From assembly GCA_963741945.1 (NCBI GenBank), contig CAVUKA010000005.1, forward strand, positions 352,001 through 416,000: a stretch of 64,000 nt of DNA. The letters are read 5' to 3'. Below, piece by piece: positions 9,358-18,227 of this stretch. The stretch's first letter is position 1; every line of letters starts with the position of its first letter. The position numbers and the translations under genes are program-made. This stretch comes from an uncultured Gemmatimonadales bacterium. Lineage in GTDB: Bacteria; Gemmatimonadota; Gemmatimonadetes; Longimicrobiales; RSA9. The notes under the pieces were generated by a model that did no database searches, was not told where the DNA came from, and worked only from the letters and a program-made list of their open reading frames with translations.

Positions 9358-10098
9358 TCAACCCTCTTCCCCCCGGGCCGGCGCCGGGAAGAGCATGGAG
9401 ACGCGCTGCCGGTACGCCTGGTACGCGTCGCCGTAGATGCGGAGCAGGTCCCGCTCCTCGAGCTGGATCGCCATCAGCATGTACGCCAGTGTCCCCACGG
9501 CGAACACCATGTGGCCCACCGTCATCGTCGGCGTGGCCCAGAACGCGATGGTGAAGCCCAGGTAGATCGGGTGGCGGACCATCCTGTAGAAGCCGCGCAT
9601 TGACAGCTCCAGGCCGGACTGCGGCTCTCCTTTCATGTACAGCCACGCCTGCCTCAGGCCGAACAGGTCCCAGTGGCTCGTCAGCCACGTGCTGATGAAG
9701 ACGATCCCCCAGCCAGCCAGCGAGACGCCCAGCAGGACGGGACGCCAGACACCACCCACGCTCCACACCACCCCACCGATCGGCCGCCATTGCCAGAACA
9801 GCAGCGCCAGCGCCAGACTCGCGAACAGCACGTACGTGCTCCGCTCGATCGGCTTCGGCACCACGCGCGTCCACCACCGCTTGAACCCACTGCGCGCCAT
9901 GCCGCTGTGCTGGAGCGCGAACAGCAGCAGCAGCGCGCCATCCACCGCCAGTGCCTTCCCCAGCGGCGTGGCCGGCCCCACATCCAGGCTGCGCGGGACG
10001 CCCACGTTCGCCACGAAGCCGACGGCGTACACGAACACCACGAAGAACGCCAGGTAGCAGGCCACCGCGTACAGCAGGAAGAGCGTTCGCTTCAACAT
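9358..10098 (-). CDS. mddA: Methanethiol S-methyltransferase (MddA-like; ICMT/PEMT superfamily)
   Basis: FALQHSGMAR..FKRWW...P.PIERSTYV, SHWDLFGLRQ, VRHPIYLGF.IAFWATP.MT.GH and LEERDL match MddA as recalled; GAGGAGG RBS before ATG 10098. Confidence 0.8.
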   Translation of the reverse strand: MLKRTLFLLYAVACYLAFFVVFVYAVGFVANVGVPRSLDVGPATPLGKALAVDGALLLLFALQHSGMARSGFKRWWTRVVPKPIERSTYVLFASLALALLFWQWRPIGGVVWSVGGVWRPVLLGVSLAGWGIVFISTWLTSHWDLFGLRQAWLYMKGEPQSGLELSMRGFYRMVRHPIYLGFTIAFWATPTMTVGHMVFAVGTLAYMLMAIQLEERDLLRIYGDAYQAYRQRVSMLFPAPARGEEG

Positions 10099-10148
10099 CA
10101 GGTCCTCCTCGGGTAGGGGTCGAACAGGGAACAACGAATCGCCGCAAT

Positions 10149-10174
10149 CTCCATACCGACCAGTCGGTATGGAG
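10149..10174. promoter_or_regulatory. Perfect palindromic operator upstream of mddA (probable TetR site)
   Basis: CTCCATACCGAC-CA-GTCGGTATGGAG with 12-bp arms; the core ACCGACCAGTyGGT recurs upstream of the tetR gene. Confidence 0.75.
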
Positions 10175-10204
10175 GGCGCACAAAAAAACGACGCCGCGGC
10201 CCGG

Positions 10205-10801
10205 CTACTCCACGCCCGCCGGCTCCGCCGGGTCGAGGCGCGCGGCCACGCTCCGTCTGAAGCGGCGCAGGCCGGCGGCGATCCGTTCCGGATCCCCGTG
10301 GGCCCGCGCCAGGATGATCGATCCTTCGAGCATCATCAGCATTTCCTCCGCGAAAGCGGCACCCTCCGCGCGGTCACCCACTACCGCCTGGAAGAGGGGC
10401 GTCACGCCGGCCACGAGCTCGTCGAAGAGCGCCGCGACGCGCGCGTGGATCGTCGGGTTCGACTCGGCCAGCTCGGTGGCGAACGCGCCCATGAGACACC
10501 CGTGCTGCCAGAACGCGGGGGCGATGCGCTCCACGTGCTCCATGAACGCGTCGAGGCGGCCGCGGGGGTCGAGAATGGTCGCGTAGCGGCCCGTCCGGAC
10601 CCGGGCCACGCCCTCCCTGTAGAAGCGCTCGAGGAGCGCGAGCCCGTAGCTCTCCTTGTCCGGGAAGAAGTGATAGAAGCTCCCCTTGCTCACGGCCGCC
10701 CCGGCGCAGATCTCGTCGATGGTCGTGGCGTGATAGCCGCGGGCGAGCATGAGGCTGCGGCCGGCATCGAGGAGTCGGGATCGGGTGTCGGAGTCGGCCA
10801 T
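10205..10801 (-). CDS. TetR/AcrR family transcriptional regulator (NemR-like)
   Basis: HTH GYHATTIDEICAGAAVSKGSFYHFFPDKE; GCLMG motif with the conserved Cys of NemR-like proteins. Confidence 0.92.
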   Translation of the reverse strand: MADSDTRSRLLDAGRSLMLARGYHATTIDEICAGAAVSKGSFYHFFPDKESYGLALLERFYREGVARVRTGRYATILDPRGRLDAFMEHVERIAPAFWQHGCLMGAFATELAESNPTIHARVAALFDELVAGVTPLFQAVVGDRAEGAAFAEEMLMMLEGSIILARAHGDPERIAAGLRRFRRSVAARLDPAEPAGVE

Positions 10802-10806
10802 GTCGC

Positions 10807-10835
10807 ACGATAAACCGACCAGTTGGTACAGTCAA
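10807..10835 (-). promoter_or_regulatory. sigma70 promoter of tetR with operator in the spacer; probably leaderless mRNA
   Basis: TTGACT-N17-TATCGT-N5-ATG; the spacer contains ACCAACTGGTCGGT. Confidence 0.7.
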
Positions 10836-10920
10836 GGCGGGCTGCGGCAAAGACGCCGTCATTGCGGTGCCCGCGGCGCACCCGACATCTTGACGGTGCA
10901 GCCTTTGAAAGGCATCCGGA

Positions 10921-12630
10921 ATGGAACGCTCTCTCCGCCGTTTCGCCGTCGAGCTGCGGCGCCGCAAAGTGTACCGTGCGGCGGCCGGCTACGTCCTCGT
11001 GGCGTTCGTGGTATGGCAGGCCGCGGACATCGCCTTCCCCGCGCTGGGGCTGCCGCCCGGCGCACTGACGGCGGTCCTCGTCGCCACGATCCTGGGCTTT
11101 CCGCTCGCGCTGGTCCTGGCATGGTCGTACGAGCTGTCGCCGGAGGGCGGCAGCGGGGCTCCGACCGGCGCGGAGGCGGCGGGGTGCGAGGCGCGCTGCT
11201 CGATCGCGGTTCTTCCCTTCTCGAACCTGAGCACGGAGCTCGGAAGCCAGTATTTCGCGGACGGGATCGCGGAGGAGCTCATCAACGCGCTGGCGCAGAT
11301 CCGCGGGCTGCGCGTGGTTGCGCGGACCTCTTCGTTCCGCTTCCGGGAGACCGGCGCGGACGCGCGCGAGATCGGGCAGACGCTGGGGGTCAGTCACGTG
11401 GTTGAAGGGAGCATCCGTCGCTCTGGCGGGCTGCTGCGGGTCACTGCGCAGCTGGTGGATGCGAAGCGCGGATGGCAGCTCTGGTCGGACCGGTTCGAGC
11501 GCCCGGTGGGGGACGTGTTCCGGATCCAGGATGAGATCGTCCAGGCCGTCGCGGAAAGTCTGCTCAGGCGCCTTCCATCGGAGAGCGAGCAGCGGGGCTT
11601 CGCTCGCGCGGTGGTCCCGGAGGCCTATGACGCCTATCTCCGTGCCCGCAGCGCGCAGATGGAGCTGGACGCGGAATCCATCGGCCGGGCGACGCGGCTC
11701 TACCAGACTGCGATCGGCCACGACGCGTCGTGCGCGCTGGCCTACGCGGGGCTGGCGGACGCGCTCCTGCTTCTCGCGGCCGGCTTCGGCACGGACCGGC
11801 CCGGGCCGCTGGTCCGCCGGGCGCGGGTCGCCATCGAGGAAGCGCTGGAGCTCGCCCCCCACCTTCCCGAGGCCCACGTGGCGCGGGCCACGCTCCTGCT
11901 CTTCCACGAGTGGGATTACGATGGCGCCCGCCGGGAGCTCGAGCGAGCGCTGGAGCTGAGCCCGAGCTCGCTGGAGGCGCACCTCACCATGGAGATGTAC
12001 CACACGTACGTCCGCGCCGACGGCGAGGCCGCTCTGGCCATGGCGACGCGGGCGTGCGAGCTCAGCCCCATCGACCCCCGCGCCCGCATCCGGCTCGGGT
12101 ACGTCCACGTGTTCGCCGGGCGGCTGCGCAGGGCCGAAGCGGTGTTCCGCGCCATGGTCGATGCCGACCAGGCGTTTACCGCCGCCGCCATCGGGCTCGC
12201 CGAGACCCTGACCCGCACAGGCCATACGCTGGAAGCCGCCTCCCTTGCCCGACGCGCACTCGAGGTCGGGCCCGCGTCGGACAACACGCTCGGGCAGGCC
12301 GGTGCCGTGCTGGCGGCCTGCGGCCACGGCACCGAGGCCGTGAGCTGTCTTCGTGAGCTGGAAGACCGGGGCGCCCGCGGCGCTGCCGCCCATTTCTGGG
12401 AGGGGGTCCTGCTCGCGGCGCTGGGTTGGACGGACGACGCGTTCGAGCACATCGACCGGGCGCTGGCCGAGCACGATCCCAGCCTCCTCTTCCTGTCCGT
12501 GGTGCCCGTGCCTGCGCTCCGCGACGACCCGCGCTACGCCCAGGCCCTCCGGCGCCTCGGGCTCGGCGGCCTTCCCGCCGCGGCGACGCCGCCGCCGCTC
12601 GTCCCCGCCGCCCCGGCGGAGACTGCCTGA
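10921..12630 (+). CDS. Membrane-anchored TolB-N-like domain + TPR protein (adenylate-cyclase-associated type, no catalytic domain seen)
   Basis: ELRRRKVYR N-terminus with 2 TM helices; SIAVLPFSNLS...YFADGIAEELINALAQI.GLRVVARTSSF...VEGSIRR; TPR repeats. Confidence 0.85.
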   Translation: MERSLRRFAVELRRRKVYRAAAGYVLVAFVVWQAADIAFPALGLPPGALTAVLVATILGFPLALVLAWSYELSPEGGSGAPTGAEAAGCEARCSIAVLPFSNLSTELGSQYFADGIAEELINALAQIRGLRVVARTSSFRFRETGADAREIGQTLGVSHVVEGSIRRSGGLLRVTAQLVDAKRGWQLWSDRFERPVGDVFRIQDEIVQAVAESLLRRLPSESEQRGFARAVVPEAYDAYLRARSAQMELDAESIGRATRLYQTAIGHDASCALAYAGLADALLLLAAGFGTDRPGPLVRRARVAIEEALELAPHLPEAHVARATLLLFHEWDYDGARRELERALELSPSSLEAHLTMEMYHTYVRADGEAALAMATRACELSPIDPRARIRLGYVHVFAGRLRRAEAVFRAMVDADQAFTAAAIGLAETLTRTGHTLEAASLARRALEVGPASDNTLGQAGAVLAACGHGTEAVSCLRELEDRGARGAAAHFWEGVLLAALGWTDDAFEHIDRALAEHDPSLLFLSVVPVPALRDDPRYAQALRRLGLGGLPAAATPPPLVPAAPAETA

Positions 12631-12725
12631 ATCAACGGCGGCTCCCTCATCCCTGGACGCGGCAGCTCCCCGCCCGCGTCCGGGCCCCGTGTCCCGGCCC
12701 CTGCGCCCCGGCGCGCCATCGCCGC

Positions 12726-12741
12726 TGGAATCGTCCTTGCA
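12726..12741 (+). promoter_or_regulatory. Candidate sigma54 promoter
   Basis: TGGAAT-CGTCC-TTGCA (GG-N10-GC), ~55 nt upstream of ATG 12795. Confidence 0.5.
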
Positions 12742-12794
12742 CGCCCTCCAGATCGGTTGACCCCCGTAAACAGAATTGAAACGAGAGGAGCGAC

Positions 12795-12952
12795 ATGAGC
12801 CCGCAGACGGCGGAGCAGACGATCCACCTGAACGTGCAGGCGAGGTACACGGGCGCGTGGGAGAGCTCGCCGAGGACAGCCGGAAGCTGAAGGCGCTGCG
12901 GCGACGGGCGCGGGAGCTGTACCGGGAGTTCCAGGAGGTCGCGGAGGCGTAA
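12795..12952 (+). pseudogene. Small (~52 aa) protein split by a one-base deletion (pseudogene or sequencing error)
   Basis: GAGGAG RBS and ATG 12795; this frame stops at 12890. Adding one G to the GGG run at 12851-12853 gives MSPQTAEQTIHLNVQARYTGRVGELAEDSRKLKALRRRARELYREFQEVAEA* ending at TAA 12952. Confidence 0.45.
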
Positions 12953-13018
12953 CTGGACGCGCGGTACACGGCTTGCCCGGCGTGACCGGGACCATCCACG
13001 AACGGAAAGACGAGGCCA

Positions 13019-13336
13019 ATGGGATTCGAACAGTATCACGAGCCTGCGAACGAGCTGCCGGAGGAGACCCGGAGCTTCGCCCGGATGATCATCTCGCTCA
13101 TCGAGGAGGCGGAGGCGATCGACTGGTACGAGCAGAGGCTCGCAGTGGAGCGGGATGAGGAAGCGCGGGCCATCATGCGGAACGCGCAGAAGGAGGAGTA
13201 CAAGCACTTCGCCATGGACCTGGAATGGCTGTTCCGCCGGAAGCAGACGTGGCGGAAGATGTGCGAGATGGTGCTGTTCCAGGATGGTGACATCGTGGAG
13301 CTGGGCGAGAAAGCCGAGGAGGAAGTGCTCGAATAG
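13019..13336 (+). CDS. Encapsulated-ferritin-like protein (EncFtn/Flp family)
   Basis: YHEP..EL, SLIEEAEAIDWYEQR and EEYKHFAMDLEWL match the EncFtn ferroxidase motifs (EELEAVDWY / EEKEHAAMTLEWL); GAGG RBS. Confidence 0.88.
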   Translation: MGFEQYHEPANELPEETRSFARMIISLIEEAEAIDWYEQRLAVERDEEARAIMRNAQKEEYKHFAMDLEWLFRRKQTWRKMCEMVLFQDGDIVELGEKAEEEVLE

Positions 13337-13344
13337 CCGGCGCG

Positions 13345-13380
13345 CGGCGGCCCCCGCCCGGTCGCGGCGCGGGGCCGCCG
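13345..13380. terminator. GC-rich stem-loop between convergent genes
   Basis: CGGCGGCCCC / GGGGCCGCCG 10-bp inverted repeat; no U tract. Confidence 0.4.
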
Positions 13381-13406
13381 GCGCCTCCGGCTACCCCTCT
13401 ACTCGT

Positions 13407-15116
13407 CTACTCATCGTCGTCCTCGGCGCCTTCCTCCCTGAAATCCTCCTCCCAGAACTCCATGGGCCGCCGGTCCTCGGGGCGGCCGCTTTCGGCGCTG
13501 CGCAGTTCGACGCGGCGGATCTTCCCCGAGATGGTCTTGGGCAGCTCGCCGAACTCGATGCGGCGGATGCGCTTGAACGGGGAGAGGTGCTCGCGGATGT
13601 AGGCGAAGATGTGGCGGGCGAGCTCGGGCCCGGGCTCGTAGCCTTCGCGCACCACCAGAACGGCTTTCGGCACGCTGAGGCGCGTGGGGTGGGGACTCGG
13701 GATGACGGCCGCCTCCACCACGGCCTCGTGCTTGATGATGAAGCTCTCCAGCTCGAACGGGCTGATGCGGTAATCGGCGCTCTTGAAGACGTCGTCGGCG
13801 CGGCCGATGTAGGTCAGGTAGCCGTCGGCGTCGCGCGCGGCGACGTCGCCCGTCCGGTAATGGGTTCCGCCCAGCGCGTCGCGAGTCCGCTCGGGGTCGT
13901 CCGCGTACTCCTGCATGAGCGCCACGGGGCGCTGGTCGCCGAGCCGGAGCGCGATCTCGCCCTCCCCTTCCCCATCGATCTCGTGGCCGTCCCGATCCAG
14001 CAGGACCACGGGGTAGCCGGGGAGCGGCCGGCCCATGGAGCCGACCTTGAGCGGCTGCCCTGGCGGGTTCGCGACCTGCGCCGTGGTCTCCGTCTGGCCG
14101 TAGCCGTCGCGCGGCCTGATCCCCCAGGCGGCCTCGAGCGCGTCGATCACCTTCGGGTTCAGCGGCTCTCCCGCGCTCACGATCTCGCGCAGCTTCACGG
14201 GCGATGCGGCCAGGTCCTGTCCGATGAGGAGGCGCCAGACCGTGGGTGGGGCGCACATGGTGGTGACGCCGCAGCGCCCGAGCACGTCGAGCGTGCGCGC
14301 GGCGTCGAAGCGGTCGTACTGGTAGACGAACACGGTGGCGCCCGCGTTCCACGGCGCGAAGAAGCTGCTCCACGCGTGCTTGGCCCACCCGGGCGAGGAG
14401 ACGTTCAGGTGGACATCTCCCTCCTGGAGGCCGATCCAGTACATGGTGGAGAGGTGGCCCACGGGGTAGCTCTGGTGCGAGTGCAGGACGAGCTTGGGCT
14501 CCGACGTGGTCCCGCTGGTGAAGTAGAGGAGGAGCGGATCCGTGGCCCGGGTGACGCCGTCCGGCCGGAACGCCGCGTCCGCCCGGTAGGCATCGTGATA
14601 CCGGTGCCAGCCGGGGACTTCGTCGCCTGCCGCGATCCGGGTCTGTCCGTCCAGGAGCCCTTCGAACTTGGACGCCTGCGAGGAATCGGCCACGATGTGG
14701 CGGACGTCACCGCGGACCAGCCGGTCCCGGAGGTCGTCCTCCGACAGGAGCATGGTGGCGGGGATCACCACGGCCCCGAGCTTCATGGCCGCCAGCATGG
14801 TCTCCCAGATCGGGACGTCGTTCGGGAGCATGAGGAGCATTCGATCCCCCCGCTGAACGCCGAGCTCGCGGAGGTAGGCGGCCACGCGGTTCGAGCGCTC
14901 CGACATCTCCTGGAAGCTCAGCTTCTGCACCGTGCCGCCTTCCGCTTCGACCCAGAGCGCGGGGCGCTCGTTCCCCTGCGCGTACGGGTCGAACCAGTCG
15001 AGGGCCCAGTTGAAGGTGTCGAGCTGCGGCCAGCGGAACTCGCGCACGGCCGTGGGGGCGTCCGAGCAATGGTCGAGGAGGAACTGACGGGCGCGGCGGA
15101 ATGCTTCGGCGGACAT
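13407..15116 (-). CDS. AMP-binding acyl-CoA synthetase (short/medium-chain)
   Basis: YFTSGTTSEPK, DGYGQTET, YRTGD, GRADDVFK and LPKTISGKIRR motifs. Confidence 0.93.
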   Translation of the reverse strand: MSAEAFRRARQFLLDHCSDAPTAVREFRWPQLDTFNWALDWFDPYAQGNERPALWVEAEGGTVQKLSFQEMSERSNRVAAYLRELGVQRGDRMLLMLPNDVPIWETMLAAMKLGAVVIPATMLLSEDDLRDRLVRGDVRHIVADSSQASKFEGLLDGQTRIAAGDEVPGWHRYHDAYRADAAFRPDGVTRATDPLLLYFTSGTTSEPKLVLHSHQSYPVGHLSTMYWIGLQEGDVHLNVSSPGWAKHAWSSFFAPWNAGATVFVYQYDRFDAARTLDVLGRCGVTTMCAPPTVWRLLIGQDLAASPVKLREIVSAGEPLNPKVIDALEAAWGIRPRDGYGQTETTAQVANPPGQPLKVGSMGRPLPGYPVVLLDRDGHEIDGEGEGEIALRLGDQRPVALMQEYADDPERTRDALGGTHYRTGDVAARDADGYLTYIGRADDVFKSADYRISPFELESFIIKHEAVVEAAVIPSPHPTRLSVPKAVLVVREGYEPGPELARHIFAYIREHLSPFKRIRRIEFGELPKTISGKIRRVELRSAESGRPEDRRPMEFWEEDFREEGAEDDDE

Positions 15117-15360
15117 GTGCGGCGGGGTTGGAGCGGGGGAACGACCGCGCGCTCTTCCGGTAGAAGGAGCGACGGCGGGAAGAGTTCAGGATAGGTCACG
15201 TCCGCCCGGTGCGAAAGGAGTTGCGAGGCAGGTGAACGGGGTCGGCGCGAGGAGGTGGGTCAGGATGTGCCCGAGCTTGCCGGCGGGCGCGCCGGCGCCA
15301 CTTGTGGCCCGGCCGCTGGTTGGACAGTTTTCGTTTTTCCCCTGAATCAAGCTGGTTGTG

Positions 15361-16614
15361 ATGTCGCAGCACCCCGACGCGAGCTTCCCCGGCGCAGGTC
15401 CTGGTGGCGCCCGCATCCTGCTCGTGGACGACGAGCGGTCCAACCTCCGGTTCCTGCACGATGTGCTCGAGCCGCAAGGGTTCGGCACCATCGTGGAGCA
15501 CACGGACGCCGGTGAGGCGGCCGCCCGGCTGGGTGAGATCCGGCCGGATCTCGTCATCCTCGACCTCATGATGCCGGGAGTGGATGGGTTCCAGTTCATG
15601 GAGATCTTCCGGAACTGGATCCCGCGCGGCGACTACGTGCCGGTTCTCGTGGCCACCGGCGACCCGGCGGTGGGTACGAGGCGGCGCGCGCTGACCGCCG
15701 GCGCCTCCGATTTCCTGACCAAGCCGCTGAGTCCGGCCGAAGTGCGGCTCCGGGTACGCAACCTCCTCCGAACGCGGTTCCTGCACGCCCAGCTGCGCGA
15801 CCACAACGCCACGCTGGAAGAGCGGGTCCACGAGCGGACGCGGGAGCTCTACCATGCGCACCAGGAGGCCCTGGACCGCCTCGCCCAGGCCGCGGAGTTC
15901 CGCGACGACGACACCGGCCGCCACACGGAGCGCGTGGGTCGTCTTTCGGCCCGGCTGGCGCAGCTGATCGGCTTCCCGGACGACCAGGTGGCCCTCCTCG
16001 GAAGAGCGGCGCCGCTCCACGACATCGGCAAGATCGGCATCCCCGACTCCATCCTGCTGAAGGAAGGGCGCCTGACGGAAGCCGAGCAGACGCTCATGCG
16101 GACGCACACCACCATGGGCGCGCAGATCCTGTCCGGCAGCCAGTACCCGCTACTGCGCCTGGCGGAGGAGATCGCGCTCTGTCACCACGAGCGCTGGGAC
16201 GGCGCCGGCTATCCGGCGGGGCTGGAAGGGGAGCAGATCCCGCCGCTCAGCCGGATCGTGGCGGTGGCCGACGTGTTCGATTCCCTGACGCACGAGCGCC
16301 CGTACAAGCGCGCGTGGACGGCCGCGGAAGCGCTGGCGACGATCCGCGGGGATTCCGGGCGGCACTTCGAGCCCCGGGTGGTGGAGGCATTGCTGGCGGT
16401 GGTGCCCGCGGAGGACGCCGCGCAGGAATCCGGTGCGGGGGAAGCCGCGTTGGAGCGGAGCTCCGCGCGCATGCGCCCGTCGCCGGAGCGGGAGCTCGAG
16501 CTGCTCCTGCAGGAACGGCGCAGCCTGGATGAGCGAATCCGACGACTCGACCGCGCGACGGGGCGCGGCGTCCGGCTCGCCGGCGCCGGCGCGGGCGCGG
16601 GAGGCGCCGCGTGA
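15361..16614 (+). CDS. Response regulator with HD-GYP c-di-GMP phosphodiesterase domain (RpfG-like)
   Basis: REC (LVDDE, LDLMMPG, DFLTKP) plus LHDIGKIG, HHERWDGAGYP, VADVFDSL and RPYK. Confidence 0.93.
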   Translation: MSQHPDASFPGAGPGGARILLVDDERSNLRFLHDVLEPQGFGTIVEHTDAGEAAARLGEIRPDLVILDLMMPGVDGFQFMEIFRNWIPRGDYVPVLVATGDPAVGTRRRALTAGASDFLTKPLSPAEVRLRVRNLLRTRFLHAQLRDHNATLEERVHERTRELYHAHQEALDRLAQAAEFRDDDTGRHTERVGRLSARLAQLIGFPDDQVALLGRAAPLHDIGKIGIPDSILLKEGRLTEAEQTLMRTHTTMGAQILSGSQYPLLRLAEEIALCHHERWDGAGYPAGLEGEQIPPLSRIVAVADVFDSLTHERPYKRAWTAAEALATIRGDSGRHFEPRVVEALLAVVPAEDAAQESGAGEAALERSSARMRPSPERELELLLQERRSLDERIRRLDRATGRGVRLAGAGAGAGGAA

Positions 16615-18182
16615 GGCTGCGCAGCCGGTTGTTCCTCAGTCTCCTGGCGCTCACTGCGCTCATGACCATCCCGGCCGTCTACGCCGTCGGACGTGTCCAC
16701 ACGCTGCGGTCGCTCGTTCACGAAATTCGCACCGACGGGGCGCGGGCGGCGAACGGTGTGGGCCTGCTCCGCCGGGGAGTGTCGGAGCTGGACCGTCTGG
16801 AGCGCGCGTACGTGGCCACTGCCGACCCGGATATCGGGGCGGACGTGGACCGGACGGTGTCGCACATCGCGGGGCAGGCGGAGGCGCTGCGCAGGCTGGG
16901 ATACGGGGAGGCCCTCGTGGCCAGCGGGCTCCCGCTCCCGGCGCTGGGCAACGCGGCCGACTCGGTTCGGGCGCTGGTGGACGCCGGGGCGCTCGAGGAA
17001 GCCACCACTTACCTGGGGGGCACCGCTCTCCCGTTGCTGCGCCGGGCCGATGTCGCCGTGGCCAACCTGTCGGGCGCCCTCGACCGCAGGACCGAAGCGG
17101 CCGTGGAACGGGCGGACGCATCGGCGAGCGCCGCAGCGCTCACCACCGTGGTGGCGATGCTGGCCGCCCTTCTCCTGACGGCGGCGCTCTCCTGGATGGC
17201 GGCGAGGCGGCTGAGCCGGCCGCTCGAACGGCTGCGCTGCGCGCTGCTCGATGTGGGGAACGGGCGCTTCGACCCGCCCGCCGACCCGGGCTACGACCGG
17301 TCGGACGAAGTGGGCGATCTCTTCCGCTCGTTCCGCTCCATGGCCACCCGGCTGACGGAGCTGGACCGCACCAAGGCCGAGATCGTGGGCGACGCGAGCC
17401 ACGACCTGAAGACCCCGGTCGCCATCATCGCCGGCTACGCCGAGCTCCTGGAAGAGGAGCTGCACGGGCGCCTGGACGCCCGCGAGGAGCGGATCCTGGG
17501 GAATCTGCTGGAACAGGCGCGCGCGCTCGGTGCGAGGGCGGACCACCTCCTGGCCGTGAGCCGGATGGAGTCGCGGGGGCTCCGACCGGGCGTCGAGGAG
17601 ATCCGACTCCGGCATTTCGCCGGCGGTGTCGCACGCCAGCTCGCCGCTGTCGGCCAGCGGGCCGGCATCCGGTTCGAGGTGCGCACCGACGAGAGCGCCC
17701 CCACGTTCATCGTGGCCGACCCCGACTCGCTGCGTGACGACATCCTCCGCCACCTCGTCGATGATGCGCTCCATCACACTCCGCCAGGCGGACGTGTGGA
17801 GATCCGGTTCAGCGGGGGGGGCGGCCGGCTCGTCATCGAAGTGGAGGACGACGGCGCGCCGATCGACCCGCAGCGGGCGGCGCACGTTTTCGACCGCTAC
17901 GCCCGGTCCCTGTCCGGCGGCCGCGGGAGCTCCGCGGCGGGTTTCCCCATCGCGCGCGCGGCCGTCGAAGCGCATGGCGGCGCCATCGCGGCCTTCTCCG
18001 ATGGCCGCCGCGGCGTACGATTCCGTATCGACCTGCCGCTCCGCCCCCGTGCCCCGATGGCCTCCGCCCGTGACGCCCGGCCCCGGCACCCGGGGGGCAC
18101 CGCCCGCCTGGAGCGCCCCGGCGCCACCAGGCGTCCGGAAGCCGGTGAAAGCGCGCTGGCCGGAGATCCGGCTGGGGCGTAA
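16611..18182 (+). CDS. HAMP-domain sensor histidine kinase with degenerate ATP-binding boxes
   Basis: 2 TM helices, HAMP (DEVGDLFRSFRSM) and H-box ASHDLKTP; N, G1 and G2 boxes altered; GTGA overlap with the HD-GYP gene. Confidence 0.85.
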   Translation: MRLRSRLFLSLLALTALMTIPAVYAVGRVHTLRSLVHEIRTDGARAANGVGLLRRGVSELDRLERAYVATADPDIGADVDRTVSHIAGQAEALRRLGYGEALVASGLPLPALGNAADSVRALVDAGALEEATTYLGGTALPLLRRADVAVANLSGALDRRTEAAVERADASASAAALTTVVAMLAALLLTAALSWMAARRLSRPLERLRCALLDVGNGRFDPPADPGYDRSDEVGDLFRSFRSMATRLTELDRTKAEIVGDASHDLKTPVAIIAGYAELLEEELHGRLDAREERILGNLLEQARALGARADHLLAVSRMESRGLRPGVEEIRLRHFAGGVARQLAAVGQRAGIRFEVRTDESAPTFIVADPDSLRDDILRHLVDDALHHTPPGGRVEIRFSGGGGRLVIEVEDDGAPIDPQRAAHVFDRYARSLSGGRGSSAAGFPIARAAVEAHGGAIAAFSDGRRGVRFRIDLPLRPRAPMASARDARPRHPGGTARLERPGATRRPEAGESALAGDPAGA

Positions 18183-18227
18183 GATGGCCGGACACACGGT
18201 TCCCTTTTGCCGGAGCACTGCCTCTCC

